Source of the DNA: a virus
DNA: 64,000 nucleotides
Virus record (IMG/VR): IMGVR_UViG_3300025117_000050
Span: 32,702-96,701 of that record
Reading direction: 5' to 3' (one strand)
A program made the translations under genes and the position numbers. The notes beneath the pieces are model-generated. The model worked only from the letters and a program-made list of their open reading frames with translations, was not told where the DNA came from and made no database searches. Shown piece after piece: positions 50,425-61,301 of this stretch (position 1 is its first letter; each line of letters begins with the position of its first letter).

Positions 50425-53400
50425 ATGTCAAAAAAGAAACTAACTAACTATGTAAATAAACAAGCAATTAGAGAAGTATTAGGTTGTCTAATTCAGACTC
50501 CAAAATTATTAAGAGAGTATAAAATTTCAAAATCTGATTTTCCTGAAGATTTTCATAAATTAATATTCGCAGCAATTAATAATCTATATAAAAATGGAAT
50601 TGAGAATATTGATGCAGTAGCAATAGATGAATATCTTTCTCATTATGAAACACAGTATAAAATATTTGAAAAAAATCAGGGAATAGAGTTTATTAATAAT
50701 ATTGAAGAATTGTCAAGTGTAGCAAATATTAAATATTATTATGAACAATTAAAGAAATTTTCATTATTAAGAAGATATATGGAGCATGGTATTGATGTAT
50801 CAGATTTTTTTAATCCAAATGAAATAGACCCTGTGACAATTGAAAGTCAACAAGAAAAATTAGATAGTAGTTCAATACAAGATATAATTAATCATTTTAA
50901 AAGAAAACATTTAGAAGTTGTTGCACCATTTAGTATAGGAGAAGGTAGAGATACTAAAAAAGCAGGAGTAGGAGGATTAGAGCAAAAAGAACGATGGAAA
51001 AAAGATACTGCATGGGGAATTGGATATTCAAGTGCTTATTTAACTACTGTTTTTCATGGATTGAGAAAAAGAAGATTTACTGTTAAATCTGCTGGAACAG
51101 GTGTGGGCAAAGCAATACCTAATTATACAATTATTCCTACTCCTGATGGATACAAAACAGTTGGAGAAATACAAAAAGGAGATTTTCTATTTGGTCAAAA
51201 TGGAGAAAAAACTAAAGTTTTAGAGGTTTATCCACAGTCAGAAAAAAAGCAAGTTTATAAAATAACATTTTCTGATGGAAGAACCGCAGAATGTTGTAAG
51301 GATCATTTGTGGACTTATATATACGAAGGACATAGAGAAAAAAAACATAGAACAGAATCTATAGAAGATATTATTAAAAGAAGTAAAGGAACATATCAAA
51401 ACAAAAAAGGATGTTATAAATACAAAATACCTCTTAATGAACCTATTAAATATACTGAAAAGCAATATTCAATAGAACCTTATATATTAGGTTTATTATT
51501 AGGAGATGGAAGTTTTAGATATAATAAGACTAATAAATCTCTACCATTTTCTTCTATAAATGAAGAACTTCCTAGTGCTATTGCTAAATCATTAAATTAT
51601 AATTATAAAAAAAATAAAGCAAAAAATTATACTTATACTTTTGGCACACAAGGGAAAAATTTGTGGATTTCAGAAATTTTAAAAGATTACCCTGAATTAT
51701 GGCAATCTAAATCAGAAACTAAATTTATTCCTCGTAATTATTTAGAAGGTTCTATAGAACAAAGATATGATTTACTTGCTGGTTTATTGGATACAGATGG
51801 AAGCATTGGGGAAAAAGGAAGAATTCAATATACTACAACTTCTTCTTTATTAAGAGATAATGTTATTGAGTTATGTAGAAGTCTTGGTATGATTGCTACT
51901 TATTCAATTGATAAAAGAAAAGAAAAATATACCATTGGTGAATGTTATACAGTTCGTATTCAATGCAAAGCAAAAGAAAAAATAAAATTATTTAAATTAT
52001 TAAGAAAAGTTAAAATAGCTAAATCATATCTTAATAATAATAAAAGAAAAGAATTAAAAAACTATATTTCAATAAAAAATATTGAAATACTTGACAAATA
52101 TGAAGATATGACTTGTTTTACAGTAGATAATGAATCTCATTTATTTTTAATGAATGATTTTATAGTAACTCATAATACTCGCACAACAATAGCAGATATA
52201 GGATACTCTTGTTCTCCTGCTTATTATGATAAAAACAAAAAAGCATGGATTCAAAATCCTAACGGTATAAATAATGGGGCGTTATACATAGGTACAGAAA
52301 TGGAATTACTTGAAGAAATTGACCCTATTTTATGGGCATATATAGCGGATGTTCCACAAGAACATATTGAATTTAATATGTATGAAGGCAATGAAGAAGA
52401 AAGAGTTGATGAGGCAATTAGGATCTTAGAAGAAGATGCAAATATATGGTTTGAATATCTTCCAAATTATGATTCTGAAATGCTTGCTGATGTAATAGAA
52501 GAACATAAAATACAACATAATATTTCTCATGTATGGTTTGATTATATACATACAACTGTTGAATTGAGTGCTGAATTTGGTGCTGAGTCTAAAGTAAAAA
52601 TGGTAGTTAGAGAGGATCAGATACTAGCAAATTTATCTAGTAAACTTAAAAATTATACACGAAAATTTGATGTTTCTATAGATGCAGGAACACAAGTAAA
52701 TGATAAGTCTAAAGATGAAAAAAATAGAGATGAAACAATTGTTCGTGGTTCAAAGGCATTAATTGATTAAAGAAATATACTTCTTCACTTTTATAAAATA
52801 AAAAATAAGAAAGGAGAATTATTGAAAAAAATAATTATTCCAGATGAAGAGAAAGATAGAATATTAATTTTATATTCACAAGGTTTTGGTTATAGAATAA
52901 TACATAAAATATTAAAACCAAATTATTCAGAAGGTATAATTTTAAGATATTTAAGAGAAAGCAAAGCAATAGAAACAGATCGATTATATAGAAAATATGA
53001 ATATAATAAACTATTTTTTAAAATAATAGACAATGAAGAAAAAGCATATTGGTTGGGATTCCTATACGCAGATGGAAATGTTAGTGATAGAGAAGTTAGA
53101 ATAAATTTAAATTCAAGAGATAGGAATCATCTTGAGAAATTTTTACAATCAATAGAAGGCAACAACACAATTGAAGATGGCATTCAAAATTCTTTTGGAA
53201 CAATAACTAATTATAGTAGAGTGTCTATTAATAGTATTGAAATGATAAGAGACTTAACTAAGTTAGGATGCATCCCTAGAAAATCTCAAATATTAAAATA
53301 TCCCAATGAAGAACAAGTTCCTAAATATTTAATTAATCATTTTATTAGAGGATATTTAGATGGAGATGGAAGTATAATAATTTCAAGTAAAAATCAATGG

Positions 53401-54334
53401 AGTATAGGGATACTTGGAACAGAATTGTTTTTAAAAGGATTGAAGAAAGAATTACTAATTGATAATGAGATTGGTTTTGACAAAAGAAATGGTCATCCAT
53501 ATTTAAATTTTGGTGGTAATCTTCATGTGTTGGAAATATTATCTCGTTTATATGAAAATAGTAAAATATATTTAGATAGAAAATATAATCGGTATTTAAA
53601 ATTAAAAAGTATATATAGTGAAGAAATTATAAAAGAAAGAAGTATATTTTCTAGTCGTTTACGAAAGTAATTTTGTAAATAATTAGGTGGTGAACCTAGA
53701 AATCTAGGGTGTATGATTCACGTTTAGGAACTGTAGGAAATGACAGTTAAGAATCATGCTAACAGGGGAAGTCTAAGTCAGAAATGATATGATAATCCTG
53801 TGCCAAGTTAGAATAGAAATATTCTTAAAGGTGCAACGACTATTCCGTAAGGAAGTACATTGTAGATGAAATTTCTACTTTGGAAGTGCCACCCTCCTAT
53901 ATTTAATAGGATGAAGATATAGTCTAGTCCCACTTTTAAATAAGTGTTAAAGTATGCTGAAAAGCAGGGTGCAAACGAAATCAGATGGAGCAGTAATTGC
54001 AATGCCTCCAACAGAAAAAGAATTAAAGAAAATAGAACCTATTTTAAGAACATTAATAAATTGTCCTACCCCTAATTTAGTTTATTCTATCTATAAAAAT
54101 AGAGGTGGTAAATGGAATAAGGTAAAAATATGGTTATATATTGACTATGACACTATGAGAACATATGATTTATTTGTTACAGATTATGAATATAAAATTG
54201 ATAGTGAAACTGTTAGAGGTTTGAAAAAAACATACATAAATATTGAAGATGATGAAATGGTTTCAAATACTCCTACTGTTAAAATAGTAGATAAGAAAGA
54301 AACACAAATTGCTAATATAAACACTATTTTTTAA
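50425..54334 (+). CDS. dnaB: DnaB-like replicative helicase; exons 50425-52767 and 53978-54334; contains an intein
   Basis: P-loop SAGTGVGK|T split by the intein; TEME, FDYIH, GTQ; spliced junction reads RGSKALID|KSDG; then YKNRGG. Confidence 0.88.
51112..52176 (+). mobile_element. Class 3 intein (355 aa) with LAGLIDADG domain in the helicase P-loop
   Basis: Starts Ala (AIPNYT..PTPDG), block B CCKDHLW, block F MTCFTV, ends IVTHN before Thr; LGLLLGDG and LAGLLDTDG motifs. Confidence 0.9.
52768..53977 (+). mobile_element. Group I intron in the helicase gene
   Basis: Exon 1 ends in U, intron ends in G; core elements AATCCTGTGCCAAG, GCAACGACTA and GAAGATATAGTCT; removal restores the reading frame. 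Confidence 0.9.
52822..53670 (+). CDS. Intron-encoded LAGLIDADG homing endonuclease
   Basis: AYWLGFLYADG and FIRGYLDGDG, LDRKY; own AAAGGAG RBS. Confidence 0.9.
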   Translation: MKKIIIPDEEKDRILILYSQGFGYRIIHKILKPNYSEGIILRYLRESKAIETDRLYRKYEYNKLFFKIIDNEEKAYWLGFLYADGNVSDREVRINLNSRDRNHLEKFLQSIEGNNTIEDGIQNSFGTITNYSRVSINSIEMIRDLTKLGCIPRKSQILKYPNEEQVPKYLINHFIRGYLDGDGSIIISSKNQWSIGILGTELFLKGLKKELLIDNEIGFDKRNGHPYLNFGGNLHVLEILSRLYENSKIYLDRKYNRYLKLKSIYSEEIIKERSIFSSRLRK

Positions 54335-54349
54335 AAGGAAGGTGATCAA

Positions 54350-55474
54350 TTGATTGATAAAGATTACCTTCTTGAAAATATCACAGAAGAGAATGTATTA
54401 AATATATTAGCAGATTTTAATATTGCACCACATACAACAAAAAATAATGAAATATGGTTTAAAACTGTTTGTCATAGTGGAGAGAGTAATAAACTTTGTT
54501 ATTTTAGAGATTCAAAAACTTTTTATTGTTTTACTAATTGTGGTTTTATGAATATATTTTCTTTTTTAATGAAAATAATTCATGCTAGTTTTACAGATGT
54601 ATTAAAAATAATTGCTAAAGAATTGGGTATAAACAATAGGCAAGGATTTAATAACCAAATTTATAATAAAGAAATAAGAAGTGAATTTAGTACAATTAAT
54701 AAATATCTATCTATTAGAAGAAAAAAACATAAAGAATTAATTCATTTACCTAAAATAAACAATCCAAATATTTTAAATTATTTTGAAAATAATGTATTTT
54801 ATCAAGGGTGGATAGATGAAGGTATTTCTATTCCTACAATGCAAAAATTTGGAATAAGTTGGTACGAATCAGGTAAATCAATAATAATACCTCATAAGAA
54901 TATTAATGGTGAAATTATAGGAATTAGAAGAAGAAGTAGTTTACTAGAAGAAGATAAAGACAATAAATATATGCCATTAATATTAGAAGGAGAAATATAT
55001 TCTCATTCTCTAAATATGAATTTCTATGGATTATGGGAGCATTTAGAAGCAATAAAAAAATTTAAAAAAGTTGTAATTGTTGAGAGTGAGAAAAGTTGTA
55101 TGTTAGCACAAGAATTCTATGGTGACAATGCTTTTGTTATTGCAACGTGTGGATTTAATATATCAAATTGGCATAGAGATATATTGTTAAAATTAGGAAT
55201 TAAGGAAATTATTTTAGGCTTCGATAAGGATTTCAATATTTTGGAATTCGATGAGTATGATGAAAATGATCCAGAGTATTTGAAATTTACTAGATATGTA
55301 AATCGGATTAATTCATTAGCACAAAAATTTACATCATTTTTTACTACATATGTATTATGGGACACTGATAGTAAATTATTAAATAAAAAAGATTCTCCAT
55401 TTGACCAAGGAAAAGAAGTTTTAGAATATTTAATGAAAAATAAAATTGAAATAACGACAAATGATATAAATTAA
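54350..55474 (+). CDS. DNA primase (zinc-binding domain plus TOPRIM)
   Basis: CH...CFTNC, IIIPH...GIRRR, VESEKS, GFDKD, KDSP. Confidence 0.85.
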   Translation: MIDKDYLLENITEENVLNILADFNIAPHTTKNNEIWFKTVCHSGESNKLCYFRDSKTFYCFTNCGFMNIFSFLMKIIHASFTDVLKIIAKELGINNRQGFNNQIYNKEIRSEFSTINKYLSIRRKKHKELIHLPKINNPNILNYFENNVFYQGWIDEGISIPTMQKFGISWYESGKSIIIPHKNINGEIIGIRRRSSLLEEDKDNKYMPLILEGEIYSHSLNMNFYGLWEHLEAIKKFKKVVIVESEKSCMLAQEFYGDNAFVIATCGFNISNWHRDILLKLGIKEIILGFDKDFNILEFDEYDENDPEYLKFTRYVNRINSLAQKFTSFFTTYVLWDTDSKLLNKKDSPFDQGKEVLEYLMKNKIEITTNDIN

Positions 55475-55486
55475 AGGAGGAATAAT

Positions 55487-57310
55487 TTGAAAAAGTTATT
55501 ATGGAATACAATTCACAAAGTAAATTTTAACAAAGAATATGATTATTTAGAGACAATTCTATCTGCCGTAGGCATTAAAGATATTGAAAGTTTCCTTAAT
55601 GTAAATATAAACCATACATATAATCCATTTCTATTTAGAAACATGAAAGAAGGATTAGAATTATTACATAGAAGCTTAGGTAAAAAAATAGTTATTAAAG
55701 TAGATAGTGATGCAGATGGTCATACATCTTCTGCATATAAATATCAATTTATAAAAGATATTTCACCTGAAACTGAAATTATATGTAAATTTAATTTTAA
55801 GAAAGAGCATGGATTAATATATAAAGATGTAGAAGGAATAGAAGATTTAAGTTTAATAATTGTTCCTGATGCTGGATCAAGTGAAGAAAGTATTAAAGAG
55901 TATGAAGAAATTAAAAATAATATAAATGTACCCATCCTAATTTTGGATCATCATGAGATATATAAAGATATTTATAATTGTGAAAATGTAACTTTAATAA
56001 ATTGCATGGATGGTCAATATCCCAATTCTAATCTTTCTGGTGTTGGAGTAGTACATAAGTTTTGTTTAGCATATTGTGATACATATAATATAGATAAAAA
56101 AATAGCAAATAAATATCTAGATTTAGTCGCATTAGGGATGGTTGCTGATATGATGGATATGAGAGAATTAGAAACTAGATATTATACTTTAGAAGGACTA
56201 AAAGAAGAGAATAAACATAATTTACTTATTAAAGAAATGACAGAAAAATATGCAGAAGAAATGAAATTAGGAAATACAATCACATCATTTGGCTGGTCGA
56301 TTGCCCCAAAAATTAACGCTACTTGTCGGTATGGAAAAGATGATGAACAAAAAGATTTATTTAGAGCATTAATAGGTGAAGTAGAAGATAGAGAATACCA
56401 ACCAAGAAGAAAAAATAAAAATGATCTCAAACCACCAATAGAAATTCATTCACTACAAAAAACTATGGCAAGAGTAGCAGGGAATGTTAAGGCAAGACAA
56501 GATAAGCAAGTCAGAACATTTATGGAGGAAATTGATAAACAAATTATTGAACAAAAATTAGAGAATGATAAAGTTATTATATTAGACGGAACAGATATAT
56601 TAGAAAAGAAATCTGTTAGTGGATTAGTTGCTAACAAATTAGTTTATAAATATAATCGCCCTATTGTAATATTAAAAAGACAAAAGAAGAATAGTGAAAT
56701 CTTTGGTGGTTCTATTAGAGGATATGAAAAGGGAAGTATTAAGGATTTTAGACAATTTCTAGAAGATACAAAATTATTTGAAAAGGTGGCCGGACATAGT
56801 AACGCTGCTGGAATCGAATTAAAACAAGACAGAGTTCAAATTGTAAGAGATAAATGTAATGAATTACTTAAGAATGAAGAGATTATTACCAAACATGATG
56901 TTGATTATGAAATATCTGCTGATAAACTTTCACCTAAAAATATTTTAGAAGTTGCTAATGCATATCAAATATGGGGAAACAAAGTTAATGAACCAACATT
57001 TGCAATCACCAATATAGATATAGTAGGCAAAGACATAGTAGGATATGGAGATAATAATATATTTATAAAATTTACATATAGAGATATTGAATTTATAAAG
57101 AAATATTGTAGTAAAGGTGAATATGCAGAAATGTCATTAAGAGATAGAAATATGTTAGGAGAAAATTTAAAATTACTAAGATTAACTGTAATAGGCAATT
57201 TTGTTTTTAATGAATGGAGTGGAGTTAAACATCCACAAGTTAAGATTAAATATTATCATGTAGAAGAAAGAAAAAGTAAAATTGATATAGATATTGATGA
57301 TATATTTTAA
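55487..57310 (+). CDS. recJ: RecJ-like DHH ssDNA exonuclease
   Basis: DSDADG, VPD, LDHH, GMVADMM, PKINA..R, GSIRG, AGHSNAAG. Confidence 0.9.
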   Translation: MKKLLWNTIHKVNFNKEYDYLETILSAVGIKDIESFLNVNINHTYNPFLFRNMKEGLELLHRSLGKKIVIKVDSDADGHTSSAYKYQFIKDISPETEIICKFNFKKEHGLIYKDVEGIEDLSLIIVPDAGSSEESIKEYEEIKNNINVPILILDHHEIYKDIYNCENVTLINCMDGQYPNSNLSGVGVVHKFCLAYCDTYNIDKKIANKYLDLVALGMVADMMDMRELETRYYTLEGLKEENKHNLLIKEMTEKYAEEMKLGNTITSFGWSIAPKINATCRYGKDDEQKDLFRALIGEVEDREYQPRRKNKNDLKPPIEIHSLQKTMARVAGNVKARQDKQVRTFMEEIDKQIIEQKLENDKVIILDGTDILEKKSVSGLVANKLVYKYNRPIVILKRQKKNSEIFGGSIRGYEKGSIKDFRQFLEDTKLFEKVAGHSNAAGIELKQDRVQIVRDKCNELLKNEEIITKHDVDYEISADKLSPKNILEVANAYQIWGNKVNEPTFAITNIDIVGKDIVGYGDNNIFIKFTYRDIEFIKKYCSKGEYAEMSLRDRNMLGENLKLLRLTVIGNFVFNEWSGVKHPQVKIKYYHVEERKSKIDIDIDDIF

Positions 57311-57353
57311 AGGTTAAAATATAAAAGTATTAATAAAGAAAGGAGGTTTTTAT

Positions 57354-60300
57354 ATTTATTCATTACATAATCATACATCATATTCAAATGGTAGTAGAGG
57401 TTTTGCAGACTCTAGTATAAAACTAAAAGATTTAATTAAAACTGCTAAAGAATATAATTTAAAAGGTGTTTGCATCACAGACCATGAAATTTGTGGTTCA
57501 TTTGTTAAAGCAAAAAAATTAGAAAAAGAATTAGATTTTCCTGTATTACTAGGCAATGAAATATACTTAGTTAGTCAAATTCAATCTGAACAATTAAAAA
57601 AAGAATATAATAGTGAAACAATGTATTACCCTCACTTTCTTTTAATTGGTTTGGATATGATTGGCAATGATCAAATAAGAGAATTATCTACAATTGCTTG
57701 GGAAAATGCTTATATGCAAAAAGGCATGATTAGAACAGTAACTTTAATGGAAGATATAGAAAAAATTATAGGTAACAATAAAGGGCATGTTATAGGATCG
57801 ACAGCTTGCCTTGGCTCATCTCTAAATCGTTGGATTTTAGATAGAGAAATTAATAATAATCTAAAAAGAGATAAGCAAATAGAAAAATTTATTAATTGGG
57901 GAATTAGTACATTTGGAGATAATAATTTTTATTTAGAATGCCAACCTGCATATTCTGATAATGTAGAACAGTGGACAGTAAACAATTATATATTAAAATT
58001 ATCAGAAAAATATAATGTTCCATATATTATCACTACTGATTCTCATTATCTATCTAAAGAATTATTATCTCTTCATGCTTCTTTTTTAAATAGCGATGAT
58101 AATGCTAAAGAAAGAGAAGTAGATAAATTTTATGCAACTGCATACCTAATGAAAGAAGAAGAAATATACGAATACTTTAAACCTTTCTGGACAGATAAAC
58201 AAATTGCTATTGCTATTGAAAATACATGTAAAATAGGAGATAGAGGAGAAAGGTTTACATTTAATAAAAAACAAATCATTCCTAAAATTAAATTTGATGA
58301 AAATTGGGAGAAGAAATTTAATAAAAAAATATTCCCTGATAAAGATTGTATTCAAAAAACTATTTATTCAAAGTTTGAAGATGATAGATATTTAATGTAT
58401 TTAATTCAAAAAGGAATAGAAAAATTAATTCCTAAAGAAGATTATGAAGAAACATTTAATAGATTAGAAGAAGAGATAGAGCAATTTTGGAAGGTATCAG
58501 AAAAAATAGAAGATAGATTACATGGTTATTTTATTACTGTTGCTAAAATAATAGACATTATATGGAATGAAGGAGATAGCATTGTTGGTGTCGGGAGAGG
58601 CAGCGTAGTTTCTAGTATCATTAGTTATCTCCTTGAAATATCACAAATTAATCCTTTAAAGATGCCTGTAGATATGCCATTTTATCGTTTTATTACTGAA
58701 TTTAGGAGTGAGCTTGCGGATATAGATATAGATAGCCAAAGTGATAAAAGAGAGCAAATATTTAACGCTGTTAAGAATTATTTTAATAGTATAGGTGGAG
58801 ATGTAATAAATTGTTGTACATATACTACACTTTCAGCAAAAGCAGCAATACAAACTGCGTGCAGAGGATTAAAAATAGACACTGATACAGCACAAATGAT
58901 GTCTTCAATGATTCCAATAGAAAGGGGATTTGTATGGTCATTAAAAGATACCTATTATGGCAATGAAGATAAAAACAGACCACCTGTTAAAGAATTTAAA
59001 AATGAAGTAGATAAATATGAAAAGTTATTAGAAACTGCATTGCTAGTAGAGGATTTAATTATTAATAGAAGTATTCATGCTGCTGGAGTATTTATTGTAA
59101 ATGATGATTTTCATAAATTTAATGCTATTATGAGAAGTGCGAAATTAGTCAGAACTAGCCAATGGGATTTACATGACTCAGAAGAATTTTACTTAGTTAA
59201 ATACGATCTTCTTACAACTAAAGCATTAACTAAAATAAGAAAAACATTAGATTTTCTTATTAATGATAATATCATACAATCAGAAAAGACACTTAAAGAT
59301 ACATATAATAAATATATAAATCCTATGACTATGAAATATGATACAAATAAAACATGGGAATTAGTGGGTAATAATGAAATCATAGATTTATTTCAGTTTG
59401 ATACTGATGTATCTGTTGATGCATTATCAAAAGTTAAACCTAAATCTATGATTGAATTAGCACAGACTAATTCATTAATGAGATTACAACAACAGCCTGG
59501 AGCGATAGAATCACCTACTGAAACTTATGCAAGATTTAAAAATGATATTAATGAAGCATACAAAGAAATGGATGAATATAAAGTACCTAAAAAAGATCAG
59601 AAAATACTTGAAAAAGTATTAGGAGATTTTAAATTTGTTGCAGATACTCAAGAAGCAATTATGGCATTAGTAAGAATACCAGAATTAACAAATTTTACAG
59701 TAAATGACAGTCACAAATTAAGGAAAGCAATTGGGAAAAAAAGTGAGACTGTATTTGAAGAAACAAGAGTGATGTTTTATGAAAAAGGCAAAGAGTATAA
59801 TATTAATATTAATACTTTAAATTATATATGGGAAGTACAAGTAACTAGACAGAAAGGTTACGCATTCTCAATTTTGCATTGCATAGCATACACATTTATA
59901 GCATTGCAAGAGTTATATTTATATCAAAATTATTCCCCTATATATTGGAATACTGCATGTCTTACAGTAAATGCAGGAGCAGATGATGAAGATCACGATA
60001 AAACTACTAATTATGGGAAAATTGCCAAAGCAATAGGAGATATTCAATATAAAGGAATTAAAGTAGCACTTCCTAATATAAATACTGCTAGTTTTGGATT
60101 TAAACCAGATGTAGAAAATAATCAAATTATATTTGGATTAAAAGGAATATGTGGTATAGGAGATTCAATAGCAAAGGCAATAATTGAAAATAGACCATAT
60201 GAGAATTTAGATGATTTTCTAAATAAGATGAATAAATATAAAAATGCAGAAGAAGAAAATAAATTTGGTGATAGTGCTATAATTACTTTAATAAAATCAG

Positions 60301-61301
60301 GTTCATTTGATGAATTATTAAATATGGACAGAATTGATATAATGAAATTATTTGTTGAAAAAATATCAAATCCATTGAGTGAATTAAAGATGAGCAATAT
60401 AGAAACATTAAAAGAATTAAATTTACTTACTAAAGATCAAATTGAATTTGAATTAAGATTATATAAATTCAGAAAATATTTATATACATCTAAATTCTTT
60501 GTAAAACAAACAGGTAAAAGTGATTCAACTAAATATTACATATTAGATAGTAAATTTGCCGAGCCATTTTTCTTTCAATATTTTGAAACTAATATGATAG
60601 AAGATAAAGATTATGAATATGATGAAAATGGTAGTGTATTAGTAAAAAAAGGTAGTTTAGATAGAGAGTATAATAAATTAATAGCAAAATTTAAAGAATA
60701 TATATCAAATAATGAAAAATTAATTAATGTAGTAAACGAATATAGATTTAATATTTTATGGGATGAAAAAGTAAAAGGTACAATATCTAAATGGGAGATG
60801 GATGCACTAAGTTTTTATTATCACGAACACGAACTATCACATGTCAACAAAGAGAAGTATTTAATTAGTATATATGAAAACTTGCCAAGAGTGCCTATAG
60901 TTACTGAAAAATATATATATAAAGGATTAGAAAGACCAAGATTTAAACTTTGTAGAATTTGTGGAACTGTATTAGACAAAAACAAAACAAAACATACTGT
61001 AACATTATTAACACCTACAGGAATTACTACAATAAAATTATATAAAGGACAATTTGGATTTTATGACAAGCAAATTTCATATACTTTTGAAGGAGATACA
61101 AAGAAAACAGTATTAGAAAAATCATGGTTTTCAAGAGGTAATAAATTATTAGTCACAGGATACAGAAGAGATGACCAATTTGTACCTAAAAAATATATTG
61201 ATTCAGCATATAGACACACATTGCAATTAATTAAAGAGATTGATGAACAAGGTGATTTAATATTACAAACTGAAAGGGTAAATGTAGATGAACTTGAATA
61301 A
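57354..61301 (+). CDS. dnaE: DNA polymerase III alpha subunit; probable ATT start
   Basis: PHP motifs LHNHTSYS, ITDHE and GNEIY lie in frame upstream of ATG 57621; GRGS, DIDID, HAAG, GYAFS, C-terminal OB fold. Confidence 0.92.
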   Translation: MYSLHNHTSYSNGSRGFADSSIKLKDLIKTAKEYNLKGVCITDHEICGSFVKAKKLEKELDFPVLLGNEIYLVSQIQSEQLKKEYNSETMYYPHFLLIGLDMIGNDQIRELSTIAWENAYMQKGMIRTVTLMEDIEKIIGNNKGHVIGSTACLGSSLNRWILDREINNNLKRDKQIEKFINWGISTFGDNNFYLECQPAYSDNVEQWTVNNYILKLSEKYNVPYIITTDSHYLSKELLSLHASFLNSDDNAKEREVDKFYATAYLMKEEEIYEYFKPFWTDKQIAIAIENTCKIGDRGERFTFNKKQIIPKIKFDENWEKKFNKKIFPDKDCIQKTIYSKFEDDRYLMYLIQKGIEKLIPKEDYEETFNRLEEEIEQFWKVSEKIEDRLHGYFITVAKIIDIIWNEGDSIVGVGRGSVVSSIISYLLEISQINPLKMPVDMPFYRFITEFRSELADIDIDSQSDKREQIFNAVKNYFNSIGGDVINCCTYTTLSAKAAIQTACRGLKIDTDTAQMMSSMIPIERGFVWSLKDTYYGNEDKNRPPVKEFKNEVDKYEKLLETALLVEDLIINRSIHAAGVFIVNDDFHKFNAIMRSAKLVRTSQWDLHDSEEFYLVKYDLLTTKALTKIRKTLDFLINDNIIQSEKTLKDTYNKYINPMTMKYDTNKTWELVGNNEIIDLFQFDTDVSVDALSKVKPKSMIELAQTNSLMRLQQQPGAIESPTETYARFKNDINEAYKEMDEYKVPKKDQKILEKVLGDFKFVADTQEAIMALVRIPELTNFTVNDSHKLRKAIGKKSETVFEETRVMFYEKGKEYNININTLNYIWEVQVTRQKGYAFSILHCIAYTFIALQELYLYQNYSPIYWNTACLTVNAGADDEDHDKTTNYGKIAKAIGDIQYKGIKVALPNINTASFGFKPDVENNQIIFGLKGICGIGDSIAKAIIENRPYENLDDFLNKMNKYKNAEEENKFGDSAIITLIKSGSFDELLNMDRIDIMKLFVEKISNPLSELKMSNIETLKELNLLTKDQIEFELRLYKFRKYLYTSKFFVKQTGKSDSTKYYILDSKFAEPFFFQYFETNMIEDKDYEYDENGSVLVKKGSLDREYNKLIAKFKEYISNNEKLINVVNEYRFNILWDEKVKGTISKWEMDALSFYYHEHELSHVNKEKYLISIYENLPRVPIVTEKYIYKGLERPRFKLCRICGTVLDKNKTKHTVTLLTPTGITTIKLYKGQFGFYDKQISYTFEGDTKKTVLEKSWFSRGNKLLVTGYRRDDQFVPKKYIDSAYRHTLQLIKEIDEQGDLILQTERVNVDELE

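Noticed and set aside
53954-54334. ORF 53954-54334 as an independent gene
   Set aside because: No RBS; the first 8 codons are intron sequence and the rest is helicase exon 2.
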